Part shown: piece by piece, positions 1 through 10,175 of the stretch
Layout of the letters: each line of letters opens with the position of its first letter
Position numbering within the stretch: the stretch's first letter is position 1
NCBI GenBank assembly: GCA_963740315.1
Contig: CAVUDP010000002.1
Coordinates: forward strand, 32,001 to 96,000
Source of the DNA: an uncultured cyanobacterium
GTDB taxonomy: Bacteria; Cyanobacteriota; Cyanobacteriia; Cyanobacteriales; Nostocaceae
Length of the DNA: 64,000 nucleotides
Direction: 5' to 3'
Notes under the pieces: generated by a model
Told to the model about the DNA's origin: nothing
The model's database searches: none
Seen by the model: the letters and a program-made list of their open reading frames with translations, nothing else
Program-made: the position numbers and the translations under genes

Positions 1-229
1 AAGCTATTTTGTCTTTCAAGACAACTCGAAATATTTAAAAATTAAGTAGACGAGTTGAAGGTAGAAGTAGCGCACGCTAACGGTAAATGTGGATTATTAA
101 GTAATTATAAAAATATGTTTAATACTTCCCATCCATCCTTTTAGCAGCGCCATTTCTAATGTTTAATTAAACAACAACGGCTTGGTTTTCCCCAATTAAA
201 ATAACTTCCGTAAATTTGGAGCAGAGACA

Positions 230-589
230 ATGATTGTTCGTTTTAAGTTCCCATCAGTGCGTCCACTTCGTTTTGTAGTTGCAGCATTAATGTGCGTAAT
301 GCTGTTATTATCCACCGCGCTTCCCGCTGCTGCAATTGGCACTAACAAAAGTTCTCCCACTGATAAAGGAGCGGAGCAGTTAAATGAGATTCAACAAAAA
401 ACTCAGGAGTTAACTGAAAATAATGCTCCTTCAAACGAAAGAGTAATCAATGAATCTAACAAAGGGTTGAACGAAGTTCAAGGAGCAGCTAACGCCCAAA
501 ACATGAACAGTCCATCCAACAGTCAAAATGCTGTAACCGTGGAAGATAAGGTAGAAGGATTTCTCGAAAAAATCACTGGCAGTAAGTAA
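230..589 (+). CDS. Secreted hydrophilic (LEA/low-temperature-induced-like) protein
   Basis: Signal peptide ending ...LPAAA, then an N/Q/E-rich body containing GLNEVQGAA; located in a stress-gene cluster. Confidence 0.6.
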   Translation: MIVRFKFPSVRPLRFVVAALMCVMLLLSTALPAAAIGTNKSSPTDKGAEQLNEIQQKTQELTENNAPSNERVINESNKGLNEVQGAANAQNMNSPSNSQNAVTVEDKVEGFLEKITGSK

Positions 590-639
590 CAAGCTTAATT
601 GCTTTGATATACGCGGGATTGTATAATCTTCTCAATCGA

Positions 640-690
640 CATCTATTTTGGTCAAGTGTAGAAATCTACCTTGACCAAAATTTTTAGATG
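640..690 (+). terminator. Hairpin/intrinsic terminator
   Basis: Inverted repeat TTTTGGTCAAG...CTTGACCAAAA followed by a T-run, downstream of 230..589. Confidence 0.6.
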
Positions 691-792
691 TTAATTAATT
701 TAGATTTTGGTTTTTAAAAGCTGTATACCAATAAAAATACTTTTTAACATCTTCTTATAGGATGATTTAGGAGATGATAATTACAAAATTAA

Positions 793-809
793 ATTCCCCT
801 ATAGATAGA
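793..809. promoter_or_regulatory. Candidate regulatory motif ATTCCCCTATAGATAGA (copy 1)
   Basis: Identical 17-mer at 35231..35247; both copies are intergenic and upstream of genes. Confidence 0.4.
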
Positions 810-904
810 ACCTATAATTACATCGTTAGAATGGTTAAAAATTAACAGTATTTTCGTAGTATGAGGCTTGTGGATTTAAATTCAATAATATCAGGTATTT
901 TAAA

Positions 905-1105
905 ATGAGCGAAGCCAAAATTCCCAAAACTGACAGCGAACCGAATCAAGAAGCTGAGTTAACCAAAGACGCGATCGCTGAAGAACAAGAAAAAGCTAGT
1001 AACGTTGATGTTGATAAGGATTACGAAGCGTCCGAGCAATATAAAACAGGTAAAATGAGTAAAGAAAAGGAAGAGGGAGACAGTACAGTTACTCCTTCAC
1101 TTTAG
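905..1105 (+). CDS. Small acidic hydrophilic hypothetical protein
   Basis: 66-aa E/K/D-rich ORF with ATG start; hairpin at ~1124-1168 downstream. Confidence 0.6.
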   Translation: MSEAKIPKTDSEPNQEAELTKDAIAEEQEKASNVDVDKDYEASEQYKTGKMSKEKEEGDSTVTPSL

Positions 1106-1478
1106 AATAACAACTTTTTATCCGAGCCTTATTTTAAAGCTTCAATATGAGGCAATAATTAAGGCTCGTCATCTTTTATATAAAATTATTTATTTAAATT
1201 GATTAACTTAACTATTAAGATGGTATCCCCATAAGATGAGGATTTCTAAGTCAAGTATTAAATTAGACTTTATTTTAGCTATCTTTGACTTTTTTACGTA
1301 TTTATTGGGTAACAAACATGATTACTTGAACCAGTATTGTTTGGTTATAAACTTGTAATCCTACTATATAAATAAATTTAACTTTAAAATCTAACTAAAG
1401 ATTCCAACTTACGATTGATTTTTCCAAAAAATTAATATGTTCAAATTGAAAAAGAGTTGAATTTAGAGAAAGTAAATT

Positions 1479-2012
1479 ATGCGTAGCATTAATATTGGTC
1501 TAACAGAAGAACAACGTAAAGGTGTTTGCGAACTGTTGAATAACGACTTAGCAGACGCTTACCTACTGCTAGTTAAAACCAAGAAGTACCATTGGGATGT
1601 TGTCGGACCTCAATTCCGCAGTTTGCATACTTTGTGGGAAGAACACTATCAAACTTTAACCATGAGCATTGACTCTATTGCCGAGCGAGTTCGTGCTTTG
1701 GGTAACTTTCCTGTAGGTACTATGGAAGGATTTCTGAAATTAGCATCTTTGAAAGAAAATCCAGAAACACTACCTTTAGCAACTCAAATGGTATCTAGTT
1801 TGGTAGATGACCACGAGCAGGTGATCCGTAATTTGCGCGAGCATATCGATGCTTGTGGCGAAAAGTTCCATGATGAAGGAACTGCTGATTTCCTCACCGG
1901 ATTAATGGAAGGACACGAAGAAATGGCTTGGATGTTGCGCTCCTTTATTGAAGGAGAATCTCTACACGCTGATGGAAAACCATCTGGAAAAACCGCTGTA
2001 GGCGTTAACTAG
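1479..2012 (+). CDS. dps: Dps family DNA-protecting ferritin-like protein
   Basis: Dps signatures HWDVVGPQFRSLH, DSIAERVRALG and HEEMAWML. Confidence 0.95.
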   Translation: MRSINIGLTEEQRKGVCELLNNDLADAYLLLVKTKKYHWDVVGPQFRSLHTLWEEHYQTLTMSIDSIAERVRALGNFPVGTMEGFLKLASLKENPETLPLATQMVSSLVDDHEQVIRNLREHIDACGEKFHDEGTADFLTGLMEGHEEMAWMLRSFIEGESLHADGKPSGKTAVGVN

Positions 2013-2084
2013 AATTAAATCTATTCCATCCTATTTCACTTTAAATTTATACTCGTGAACTGCATTTAAAACAGGGGAATCCAT

Positions 2085-2849
2085 ATGTCTGAATATAAAG
2101 CAGAACGTACTGTTTCAGCCGTTTTTAAAGAACAAGAACAAGTTGATAAGGTCGTCCGTCGTTTGTTAGATAGAAACGTATCCCGCGACCACATTTCGGT
2201 TATGGGAAACAACTTTCAATCTGAAACTAGAATTTCAGGTTTTATTACTAAGAAAGACGTAATTTTCGGCGGATTGCGATCGGGTGCAATTTTTGGTTCT
2301 TTGTTCGGTTCGTTGTTAGGCTTACTCTCCGGTGTGGGTGTGCTGTTTATTCCCTTCGTAGGTCCTGTTGTAGCAGCAGGTCCCATCGGTGGAGCGCTTT
2401 TAGGAGCTGCCAGTGGCGCATTAGCGGGTAGTGCTGGCGCGGGTTTAGCATCGGTGCTAATAAGTTTAGGTATGCCCAAAGAGAAAGCCGCGATTTACGA
2501 AACTCGCTTGAAAGCTGGTGAATTTATCGTCATGGCGGAAGTATCTGCGGATAAAACCGGAGAAATTTCACTTCTTTTAGAAAGCGCTGGTGGTGAAGAA
2601 GTTCACACTACTGAAGCTGCTTTACCTCGCGCTTGCTCCGGTAAGTGTAATAGCCCCGAAGACTTAGCCCCCGAAGTGCGATCGCATTTATCCCAAGACG
2701 CACAAAAAACTTTCATCGACCGCTACAACACCGTGTTAGATGAATTAAATGACGAAAGTAAAGCGGAAGAAGCTGCTTGGAATGCAGTTCACGAAAAATA
2801 TGAAGAAGATGAAAATGGAGTTTGGTCTAAACAAAAGGTAACAGCCTAA
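2085..2849 (+). CDS. General stress protein (Gly-rich TM hairpin, YflT-like) with C-terminal ChaB domain
   Basis: Gly-zipper TM segment [22 protein letters not shown]; ChaB-like C-terminus [10 protein letters not shown]...[10 protein letters not shown]...GVW. Confidence 0.8.
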   Translation: MSEYKAERTVSAVFKEQEQVDKVVRRLLDRNVSRDHISVMGNNFQSETRISGFITKKDVIFGGLRSGAIFGSLFGSLLGLLSGVGVLFIPFVGPVVAAGPIGGALLGAASGALAGSAGAGLASVLISLGMPKEKAAIYETRLKAGEFIVMAEVSADKTGEISLLLESAGGEEVHTTEAALPRACSGKCNSPEDLAPEVRSHLSQDAQKTFIDRYNTVLDELNDESKAEEAAWNAVHEKYEEDENGVWSKQKVTA

Positions 2850-2856
2850 AAGCTGT

Positions 2857-2903
2857 AAGGGATGAAGTTATAAAGTACTTGTTTACTTATGACTTCATCC
2901 TTA
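2857..2903 (+). terminator. Hairpin after the dps-ChaB pair
   Basis: Inverted repeat GGATGAAGTTATAA...TTATGACTTCATCC. Confidence 0.55.
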
Positions 2904-3120
2904 ATACTCCCCTTTTTTAACAGAAATTGGGGTAACTTTAACGTTTAGAATGCAAAAAATGAGAAGTATGAAGTCATAACTAAACTTTATGCTTCATATT
3001 TTATTCTTTATTTTTAAAAATTACTCGCAGAAATTCTATCTTCTACTTAATTAAGTATAGAACTAAATACTTTCATCGAACCAAAATAAGTAAAAAAAAT
3101 CTAATAATTAATCACTATTA

Positions 3121-4686
3121 ATGCAAAAATATTACGACATAATTATTATAGGGACTGGTGCGGGGGGTGGTACTTTAGCTTATGCTTTAGCTTCTACTGG
3201 TAAAAAAATACTGTTAGTAGAAAGAGGTGAATATATTCCCAGAGAAAAACAAAATTGGGATGTAAAAGCGGTTTACAGTTCGGGGCGTTATCGTACCGAT
3301 CAGCGGTGGTTAGATGCAAAAGATAAGAATTTTCAACCTACTCTTTATCATAAAGTTGGGGGTAGTACTAAAATCTACGGTGCTGCTTTATTGCGAATGC
3401 GACAGGAAGATTTTGATGAGATAGAGCATTATGAAGGGGTTTCACCTGCGTGGGATTTGAAGTACGAAGACTTTGAACCATACTACACTCAAGCAGAAAA
3501 GCTGTATAAAGTTCATGGAAAACGTGGGGAAGATCCCAGCGAACCGGCGGCAGAAAAAGAATACGATTATCCAGTATTACCCCATGAACCGCGAATCAAG
3601 CAAGTTGCCGATAAATTAGAGAAATTAGGTTTAAAACCGTTTTCTTTACCAATGGGAATCGATCGCGATACTTTCAATGTGAATCAAAGTCCTTGTATTC
3701 GTTGTGATACTTGCGATGGATATCCTTGTTTGGTTGATGCCAAAGCTGATGCTCAGGTTTGTTGCGTAGATGAAGCATTAAAATACGAAAACGTCAGCTT
3801 AATTACAAACGCCCACGTTAACTGTTTGGTAACAAATACAGACGGCAGTGAAGTAATAGGTGTGGAAGCAACCGTAAAAGGCGAACCAGAGTTTTTCAGT
3901 AGCGATATTGTAGTAGTTGCTTGCGGTGCAATTAATTCCGCCGCCTTATTATTACGTTCGGTGTCGGATAGTCATCCCAATGGTTTGGCTAATTCTTCGG
4001 GAATGGTAGGACGTAACTTAGTTAAGCATAATACAACTAAACTTTATGCTATTTCCACAGTCAAGAACGAAACAGTTTTTCAGAAAACTTTAGCGATTAA
4101 CGACTTTTACTTTGGTTCACCAGAAGATGTAAAACCGTTAGGTCACATTCATTTAATGGGTAAGCATAAATGGGAAATGATGCAACCAGATTTTCCGCGA
4201 TGGGTACCGTCAAGTTTATTAAAAGTTTTTGCCGATCGTTCTGTAGATTGGTGGATGCAAAGTGAGGACTTACCGTGGGTTGAAAATCGTGTAGAAATAG
4301 CAAAAAACGGACAAATAAAAGTTTATTATCGTCCAAACAACACAAAAGCCCATCGTCGTTTGCGACACCAATTTGAAAAAGTACTCCGAAAAGCTGGGTT
4401 TCCGATAATTTTTGGTATACCGATGCCGTTAAAAATTATGAACCATCAGGGAGGAACTTGCCGATTTGGTAGTGACTCAACAGTCAACGTTCTCGATTTA
4501 AATTGTCGCAGCCACGATGTAGAGAATCTTTATGTGGTAGATTCTAGTTTCTTTCCTTCAATAGGAGCGATGAATCCCACATTAACTATAGTAGCTAATG
4601 CTTTAAGAGTAGCCGAACATCTCAAGCAAAGATTAAATGTAAGTTTGGATGGTAAGGGTTTGTTGAGTAAAACAGAAAAAGTTTGA
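3121..4686 (+). CDS. GMC family FAD oxidoreductase with a Cys cluster
   Basis: GTGAGGG FAD motif, VGGSTKIYGA, CIRCDTCDGYPC, HQGGTCRFG, NPTLTI. Confidence 0.9.
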   Translation: MQKYYDIIIIGTGAGGGTLAYALASTGKKILLVERGEYIPREKQNWDVKAVYSSGRYRTDQRWLDAKDKNFQPTLYHKVGGSTKIYGAALLRMRQEDFDEIEHYEGVSPAWDLKYEDFEPYYTQAEKLYKVHGKRGEDPSEPAAEKEYDYPVLPHEPRIKQVADKLEKLGLKPFSLPMGIDRDTFNVNQSPCIRCDTCDGYPCLVDAKADAQVCCVDEALKYENVSLITNAHVNCLVTNTDGSEVIGVEATVKGEPEFFSSDIVVVACGAINSAALLLRSVSDSHPNGLANSSGMVGRNLVKHNTTKLYAISTVKNETVFQKTLAINDFYFGSPEDVKPLGHIHLMGKHKWEMMQPDFPRWVPSSLLKVFADRSVDWWMQSEDLPWVENRVEIAKNGQIKVYYRPNNTKAHRRLRHQFEKVLRKAGFPIIFGIPMPLKIMNHQGGTCRFGSDSTVNVLDLNCRSHDVENLYVVDSSFFPSIGAMNPTLTIVANALRVAEHLKQRLNVSLDGKGLLSKTEKV

Positions 4687-4725
4687 GTTTTAAACTAATA
4701 CGGATATTATTGCCTTCAGGAGTTT

Positions 4726-5727
4726 TTGATTAAAATGCAACCAGCAACAATTAATAGGGGACAAGACAGCGCATCCGCCAAGCAAAGGCTAAATACAGAT
4801 ACCGTGCGGTCTTTTTTAGTTCAAATTGGGCGAGTACCATTACTAACTCGTGAAGAAGAAATATTTTATGCCCAACAAGTTAAGCAGTTAGTTCAATTAC
4901 TGGAAATTAGATCGAATTTAACAACTAAATTAGACTCAGAACCCGCTTTTTCCGTTTGGGCTGATGCAGCAGAAATGAGCGAATCTCAACTGCAAGAAAC
5001 CCTCGATAAAGGAGAATCTTCTCGACAAAAAATGATTGAGGCGAACTTGCGTTTAGTAGTAGCGATCGCCAAAAAATATCAGCACCGTAATTTAGAGTTT
5101 GTCGATTTAATTCAAGAAGGAACTTTGGGTTTACAAAGAGGAGTAGAAAAATTTGACCCCGACAAAGGATATAAATTTTCTACCTACGCTTATTGGTGGA
5201 TCAGACAGGCGATTACACGGGCATTAGATCAAAAAAGTCGTTCCATCCGTTTACCGATTCACGTATGTCAAACTCTGAAAAAAATTAAGAAAGCCCGCCG
5301 AGATTTGACCCAAGAATTAGGACGTACCCCAACAATAGCGGATATTGCCGCCAAGGTATCTTTAAAACCTTCGCAAATTCAAGATTATTTACATATGTCG
5401 CGTCAACCCGTATCCTTAGATTTACGAGTTGGTGAAGGACAAGATACCGAATTACAAGACTTACTTGAAGATACAAGTTCTTCCATAGAAGATTATGCCA
5501 ATCATCAATCATTGCGCGAATGTCTGAACGAAATGCTGGTTGAATTAACACCCCAACAGCGAGAAGTTGTCAATTTACACTTTGGTTTAAGAGATGGACG
5601 CGAATTAACATTAACCGAAGTCGCCAAACGTATGGATATTTCTCATACCAGAGTCCGACAACTACAGCGTCAAGCGATCGCTCGTTTGCGTCGCAAGAAA
5701 ATGAAAGTTAAAAGTTTTATTGCATGA
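4726..5727 (+). CDS. Group 2 (RpoD-like) RNA polymerase sigma factor; ATG at 4735 is the likely start
   Basis: Region 1.2 IGRVPLLTREEE, region 2.1 MIEANLRLVV, region 2.3/2.4 FSTYAYWWIRQAITRA, region 4 HTH. Confidence 0.92.
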   Translation: MIKMQPATINRGQDSASAKQRLNTDTVRSFLVQIGRVPLLTREEEIFYAQQVKQLVQLLEIRSNLTTKLDSEPAFSVWADAAEMSESQLQETLDKGESSRQKMIEANLRLVVAIAKKYQHRNLEFVDLIQEGTLGLQRGVEKFDPDKGYKFSTYAYWWIRQAITRALDQKSRSIRLPIHVCQTLKKIKKARRDLTQELGRTPTIADIAAKVSLKPSQIQDYLHMSRQPVSLDLRVGEGQDTELQDLLEDTSSSIEDYANHQSLRECLNEMLVELTPQQREVVNLHFGLRDGRELTLTEVAKRMDISHTRVRQLQRQAIARLRRKKMKVKSFIA

Positions 5728-5898
5728 TTTGCTTGGGCATGGGGATAAGGTTAAAGGTCTGCATGTTAAAGGTTAAAAATATTAACTAACTCTTAACTCC
5801 TAACTCCGGTGGTCCTAACTTTTTAATTCCCCCCATCCCCCCATCCCCCCATCTCCCCCGAACCCCATCTCCCCATCCCCCCATCCCTAATAAAAACA

Positions 5899-6363
5899 AT
5901 GCTAAAATCCTGGATGGTAATCGGAGCCGTAACCTTTATAGTGGCTCTCGGAAGTAGTATAATTAGACCCAAAGATATTAAATGGTTTAAGCGATTGCAA
6001 AGACCGCGTTGGTTAACATTTGAAAAGCTGATTCCTGTAATTTGGACGGTAATTTTTATTTGCGGTGCTTGGTCTGCTTATATAGTTTGGGAAAGCGATC
6101 CTGGTAGTTCCCAAACTTGGTTTTTGATGGGTTTATATCTACTTTTAGAAATTGTTATTGTTGCTTTCACCCCCGTGTCACTTTGGTTGCAAAATATGAA
6201 AGCTGGGGCAATTGTCGGGGGAATAGGATTTGCGATCGGAATTATTCTAACTTTGTTTGTTTTACCAGTTTCTGGTTGGGCGGCATTGTTATTAGTGCCT
6301 TATCTGCTTTGGAGTCCTATCGGTACTTATACTGCTTGGAAAATATATCAGTTGAATCAGTGA
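5899..6363 (+). CDS. tspO: TspO/MBR tryptophan-rich sensory protein
   Basis: WF..L.RPRW, five TM helices, LLVPYLLW. Confidence 0.88.
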   Translation: MLKSWMVIGAVTFIVALGSSIIRPKDIKWFKRLQRPRWLTFEKLIPVIWTVIFICGAWSAYIVWESDPGSSQTWFLMGLYLLLEIVIVAFTPVSLWLQNMKAGAIVGGIGFAIGIILTLFVLPVSGWAALLLVPYLLWSPIGTYTAWKIYQLNQ

Positions 6364-6427
6364 CCAGTGACCAGTTGATATCAAAAAATATTTAATAATT
6401 AAATTTTTAGGTGTTTTGGTATATAAT

Positions 6428-6492
6428 AAACCGGGTTTCTTATACTCTAAGTACGAGCATATGCGATATTTAGCAATAGAAACCCGGTTTCT
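6428..6492. repeat. REP-like inverted pair AAACCGGGTTTCT...AGAAACCCGGTTT
   Basis: Inverted repeat; related elements at 27207..27270 and 46957..46983. Confidence 0.6.
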
Positions 6493-6558
6493 TAGGTCTT
6501 AACGTTTAGTTAATAAATAACAACTAACTACTATCAACTAATAACTAACAACTAAAAT

Positions 6559-7602
6559 ATGTTAATTGCACAAGCGTCATCTGCAACGGAAAATGCAAAA
6601 GAGGAAATAACATCGGCTTGGGGTAGAACTCAATTGTTGATAGATAATACTATCGCTCGATTACCAAGTATTATATTGGCAATTGTGGTTTTTGTTGTCT
6701 TTTTCTTTGTTGCTAGAGCTATTAAATTAACAATAAGACGAGTGACGCGCCATCGTCGCAATGCTCGCAGTTTGGGAATGGTTTTGGGGCGCTTGGCACA
6801 AGGTTTAACAATATTAGTAGGTGCGTTTGTTGCGCTAACAATTGTTATTCCTTCGTTTAAAGTTGGCGATTTGGTGCAACTTTTGGGAATCAGTGGTGTT
6901 GCGGTTGGTTTTGCTTTCCGCGATATTTTGCAAAACTTCCTAGCTGGAATTTTGATTTTACTTACCGAACCTTTTGAAATTGACGACCAAATAGTATTTA
7001 AAAACTTTGAAGGTACTGTAGAAAATATTGAAACGCGAGCAACTACAATTAGAACTTATGATGGTCGCCGGATTGTGATTCCGAATGCCGAACTTTTTAC
7101 CAATTCCGTTACAGTTAATACTGCTTTTGAAAAGCGACGTATAGAATATGATTTTGGTATCGGCTATGGAGATGATATTGACGAGGCAAAACAGTTAATC
7201 TTAGAAACAATAAACGAAACCGAAGGTGTGCTTCAAGATCCCGCAGCGGATGTACTTGTGATGGAATTAGCAGACTTTACCGTTAATATTCGCGGTAGAT
7301 GGTGGATTAGTCCTCCTCGTCGCGCCGATACACTCGATTTTCGCGATAAAGTACTTATAGCAGTCAAAAATAAATTAACGGCTAACGGTATTGATATGCC
7401 ATTCCCAACTCAGCAAATCCTCTTCCACGATCAAACAGAAGAGACAGATGGCAACAGAAATCGTCAGCGAGAAGGATGGCCCTCTGGCTCCGGGAAAGTG
7501 CCCCAAAGCCGCAGTATTGGCGGTTCTTTAAACCGATTAATCAAAAGCCAATCGTCAGAGGAAGATAGAGACGGTAACGGCAAAGCGATCTTTGATAAAT
7601 AA
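6559..7602 (+). CDS. MscS family mechanosensitive channel
   Basis: GVAVGFAFRDILQNFLAGILIL, GTVENIETRAT, IPNAELF. Confidence 0.92.
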   Translation: MLIAQASSATENAKEEITSAWGRTQLLIDNTIARLPSIILAIVVFVVFFFVARAIKLTIRRVTRHRRNARSLGMVLGRLAQGLTILVGAFVALTIVIPSFKVGDLVQLLGISGVAVGFAFRDILQNFLAGILILLTEPFEIDDQIVFKNFEGTVENIETRATTIRTYDGRRIVIPNAELFTNSVTVNTAFEKRRIEYDFGIGYGDDIDEAKQLILETINETEGVLQDPAADVLVMELADFTVNIRGRWWISPPRRADTLDFRDKVLIAVKNKLTANGIDMPFPTQQILFHDQTEETDGNRNRQREGWPSGSGKVPQSRSIGGSLNRLIKSQSSEEDRDGNGKAIFDK

Positions 7603-8954
7603 TGAAAGATATCAGACTGGGTAAACTATGGGATTCAGTTAATTCAAGCTACTGGTTTGTACCCGCAGTCATGATGGCTGGAGCAATTGCGATCGCCTTT
7701 GCTTTACTCAAAATAGATAGATTGGGTTACTACGGCCCGATCCAAAAGTGGGGTTGGATTTATGCAGGTAGTGCCGATGGTGCCCGTGGCGTACTTTCGG
7801 CGATCGCAGGTTCCACGATCGGCATCACCGCTACAGCTTTTTCTATCACGATCGTGGCGCTTCAGCTTGCTTCTTCAAATTTTGGTCCTCGTCTGCTACG
7901 TAAGTTTATGAAGGATATGGGGAATAAAGTAGTACTTGGTACGTTTATTAGTACTTTTATTTATTCCTTGTTGATATTAAGAGCAGTTTATGGAAGCGGT
8001 GACGATCGCGTTCAATTTGTACCGCATCTCTCGGTAACGGTAGGAATTATTTTAGCTGTAATTAGTACCGCCGTGCTAATTTATTTTATCCATCATTCAT
8101 CGACTATTATTCAGGTTTCTTACATCGTTTCCGAAGTCAGTAAAGAATTAGATGACGCTATAGAAAGATTATTTCCCCAAAAAATAGGATACAGCGCCGA
8201 GCATAAGCATTCGCAAGCGGAAATTCCCGATATCGATCGAGAAGCTTTCCCAGTTAGAACTTCAGAAAAAGGTTACGTCCAAGCAATTGATACCGATAAA
8301 TTGATGGATATAGCCTGCAAACATAACTTAATAGTAAAAATATTAACTAAACCGGGAAAGTTTGTCATTCAAACAGGTTATTTAGTCAAAATACTTTCGA
8401 TGGATGATAATGGCAACACACCCCCCTTTAAAGATATCCAAAAGCAAATTCACCATTCTTTTATTTTAGGTAGAGAACGTACCGAACAACAAGATGTTGA
8501 ATTTCCCATCAGTCAATTAGTTGAAATAGCTTTACGCGCTTTATCTCCAAGCCTTAACGATCCTTTCACCGCTATTCGTTGCATAGATCACCTCAGTGCC
8601 GGACTTTCTCGTTTAGCTCAAACTGATTATCCTTCCCCTTATCGCTACGATGGTTTTGACAATCTCCGCGTAATTGCCGAACCAGTAACGTTTGCAGGGT
8701 TGACTGATGTTGCTTTTAACCAGATTCGCCGAAATAGTACCAGCGATGTAGCAGTGAGCGTTCGTTTATTGGAATCGATCGCCGTAATTGCTGAATATGC
8801 AGAAAATCCAGATAAAACAGCCCTACGTCGTCATGCAGATTTAATATTCAAAGGTAGTTGTGAAGGATTATCCTTTGAGAGCGATCGCCAAGATGTTGAA
8901 CAAAGTTATCAAGTCGCATTAAAAGCGCTGAGTAAAAACAAATTAGCTAATTAA
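7602..8954 (+). CDS. DUF2254 family membrane protein
   Basis: SYWFVP, ALQLASSNFGPRLL, EIALRALSPSLNDPFTA; start overlaps the mscS-like stop. Confidence 0.85.
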   Translation: MKDIRLGKLWDSVNSSYWFVPAVMMAGAIAIAFALLKIDRLGYYGPIQKWGWIYAGSADGARGVLSAIAGSTIGITATAFSITIVALQLASSNFGPRLLRKFMKDMGNKVVLGTFISTFIYSLLILRAVYGSGDDRVQFVPHLSVTVGIILAVISTAVLIYFIHHSSTIIQVSYIVSEVSKELDDAIERLFPQKIGYSAEHKHSQAEIPDIDREAFPVRTSEKGYVQAIDTDKLMDIACKHNLIVKILTKPGKFVIQTGYLVKILSMDDNGNTPPFKDIQKQIHHSFILGRERTEQQDVEFPISQLVEIALRALSPSLNDPFTAIRCIDHLSAGLSRLAQTDYPSPYRYDGFDNLRVIAEPVTFAGLTDVAFNQIRRNSTSDVAVSVRLLESIAVIAEYAENPDKTALRRHADLIFKGSCEGLSFESDRQDVEQSYQVALKALSKNKLAN

Positions 8955-9457
8955 ATCTTTAAACTGTATTTCAAATCGAAACCGAGTCCAAGATATCACC
9001 TACGAAATATATCTTAAGTTAGTTGTGTAATATATTTCTCGGAATTATAATCAAACGAATCGCATATACTCACAACTTCCTCAAACTTTTGCTTTATAAA
9101 TGAAATAATTGCACCGTACCGAGAAATTGTAAACAAATATGAAGTATGTTAATCTTGCTCCCCGCTCGTATCTTCAACGAATAGTCTCAACTCTGGATAA
9201 TTAATTATCATCAAAAATCTCTCTAAATGCTACGGATAACTGTTTCCTTACTCAAAAGAAAATATTGGTAATGGTTCTAAAAAGATTGTAATTAAATAAG
9301 CAGACTTGACATTAGAATACTTGCAATATTTCTACATAAAACAAACAATACTTGTAAAAACACATATGGCTCAGATAGGATTATTTACTGAAGCAGAGCC
9401 ATAAACGTATACATCGGCGATCGTGAATAATTACCATTTTTTAAAAAGGATACCAAA

Positions 9458-10159
9458 ATGAATACAACTTTTGTCAAAAACGCTGAAGAAAAAATAGTTT
9501 CAATCGAACTTGATTCCGTGCGTTTGCAAGCAGAAATAGTTTTACCTCAAGACACTCAAGGAATCGTTATATTTGTACATAGTAGTGGAATTGGTCGTTA
9601 CAGCACTCGCAATCGTTACCTTGCTCATATGTTAAGGCAAACAGCGGGATTAGCCACCGTACAAATTGACTTATTAACTCCTCAAGAAGAAGCGATCGAT
9701 TTACGCAGCAGACATTGTAATAGTAACGTTCAATTTCTCGCCACAAGATTAACTGGTGCAACAAACTGGTTACTTGATTATCCTCTCACCAAGGATTTTA
9801 AAATTGGTTATTTTGGAGAGCAAACGGGTGCGGGCGCGGCTTTAATTGCAGCAGCAGAAAATCCCACAGCAGTAGGGGCTGTAGTTTCGTGCAGCGGACA
9901 AAGCTTCACAAATTCAGCTTTAGCAATGGCACAAACTCCAACTTTATTGATAGTTGGAGAAAATGACTTACCAACAGTTGCAACAAATGAAGACACACTT
10001 AAACTAATTAAGATATCCTCCAAAGAATTGCAAATTATCCCCAATGCCAGCCGCCAATTTAAAGAAACAGGTGCATTTGAAGAAATTGCCCGTTTATCAA
10101 GTCATTGGTTTGACAAGCATTTGTCAATTAACAGCTATCAATTATCAGTTATCAATTAA
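9458..10159 (+). CDS. Dienelactone-hydrolase-like alpha/beta-hydrolase fold protein with degenerate catalytic residues
   Basis: Family scaffold DLLTPQEEAID, IGYFGxxTG, PTLLIVG; GEQTG and NASRQF replace the usual GASTG and GATHLF. Confidence 0.75.
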   Translation: MNTTFVKNAEEKIVSIELDSVRLQAEIVLPQDTQGIVIFVHSSGIGRYSTRNRYLAHMLRQTAGLATVQIDLLTPQEEAIDLRSRHCNSNVQFLATRLTGATNWLLDYPLTKDFKIGYFGEQTGAGAALIAAAENPTAVGAVVSCSGQSFTNSALAMAQTPTLLIVGENDLPTVATNEDTLKLIKISSKELQIIPNASRQFKETGAFEEIARLSSHWFDKHLSINSYQLSVIN

Positions 10160-10175
10160 CAATTATCAATTATCA

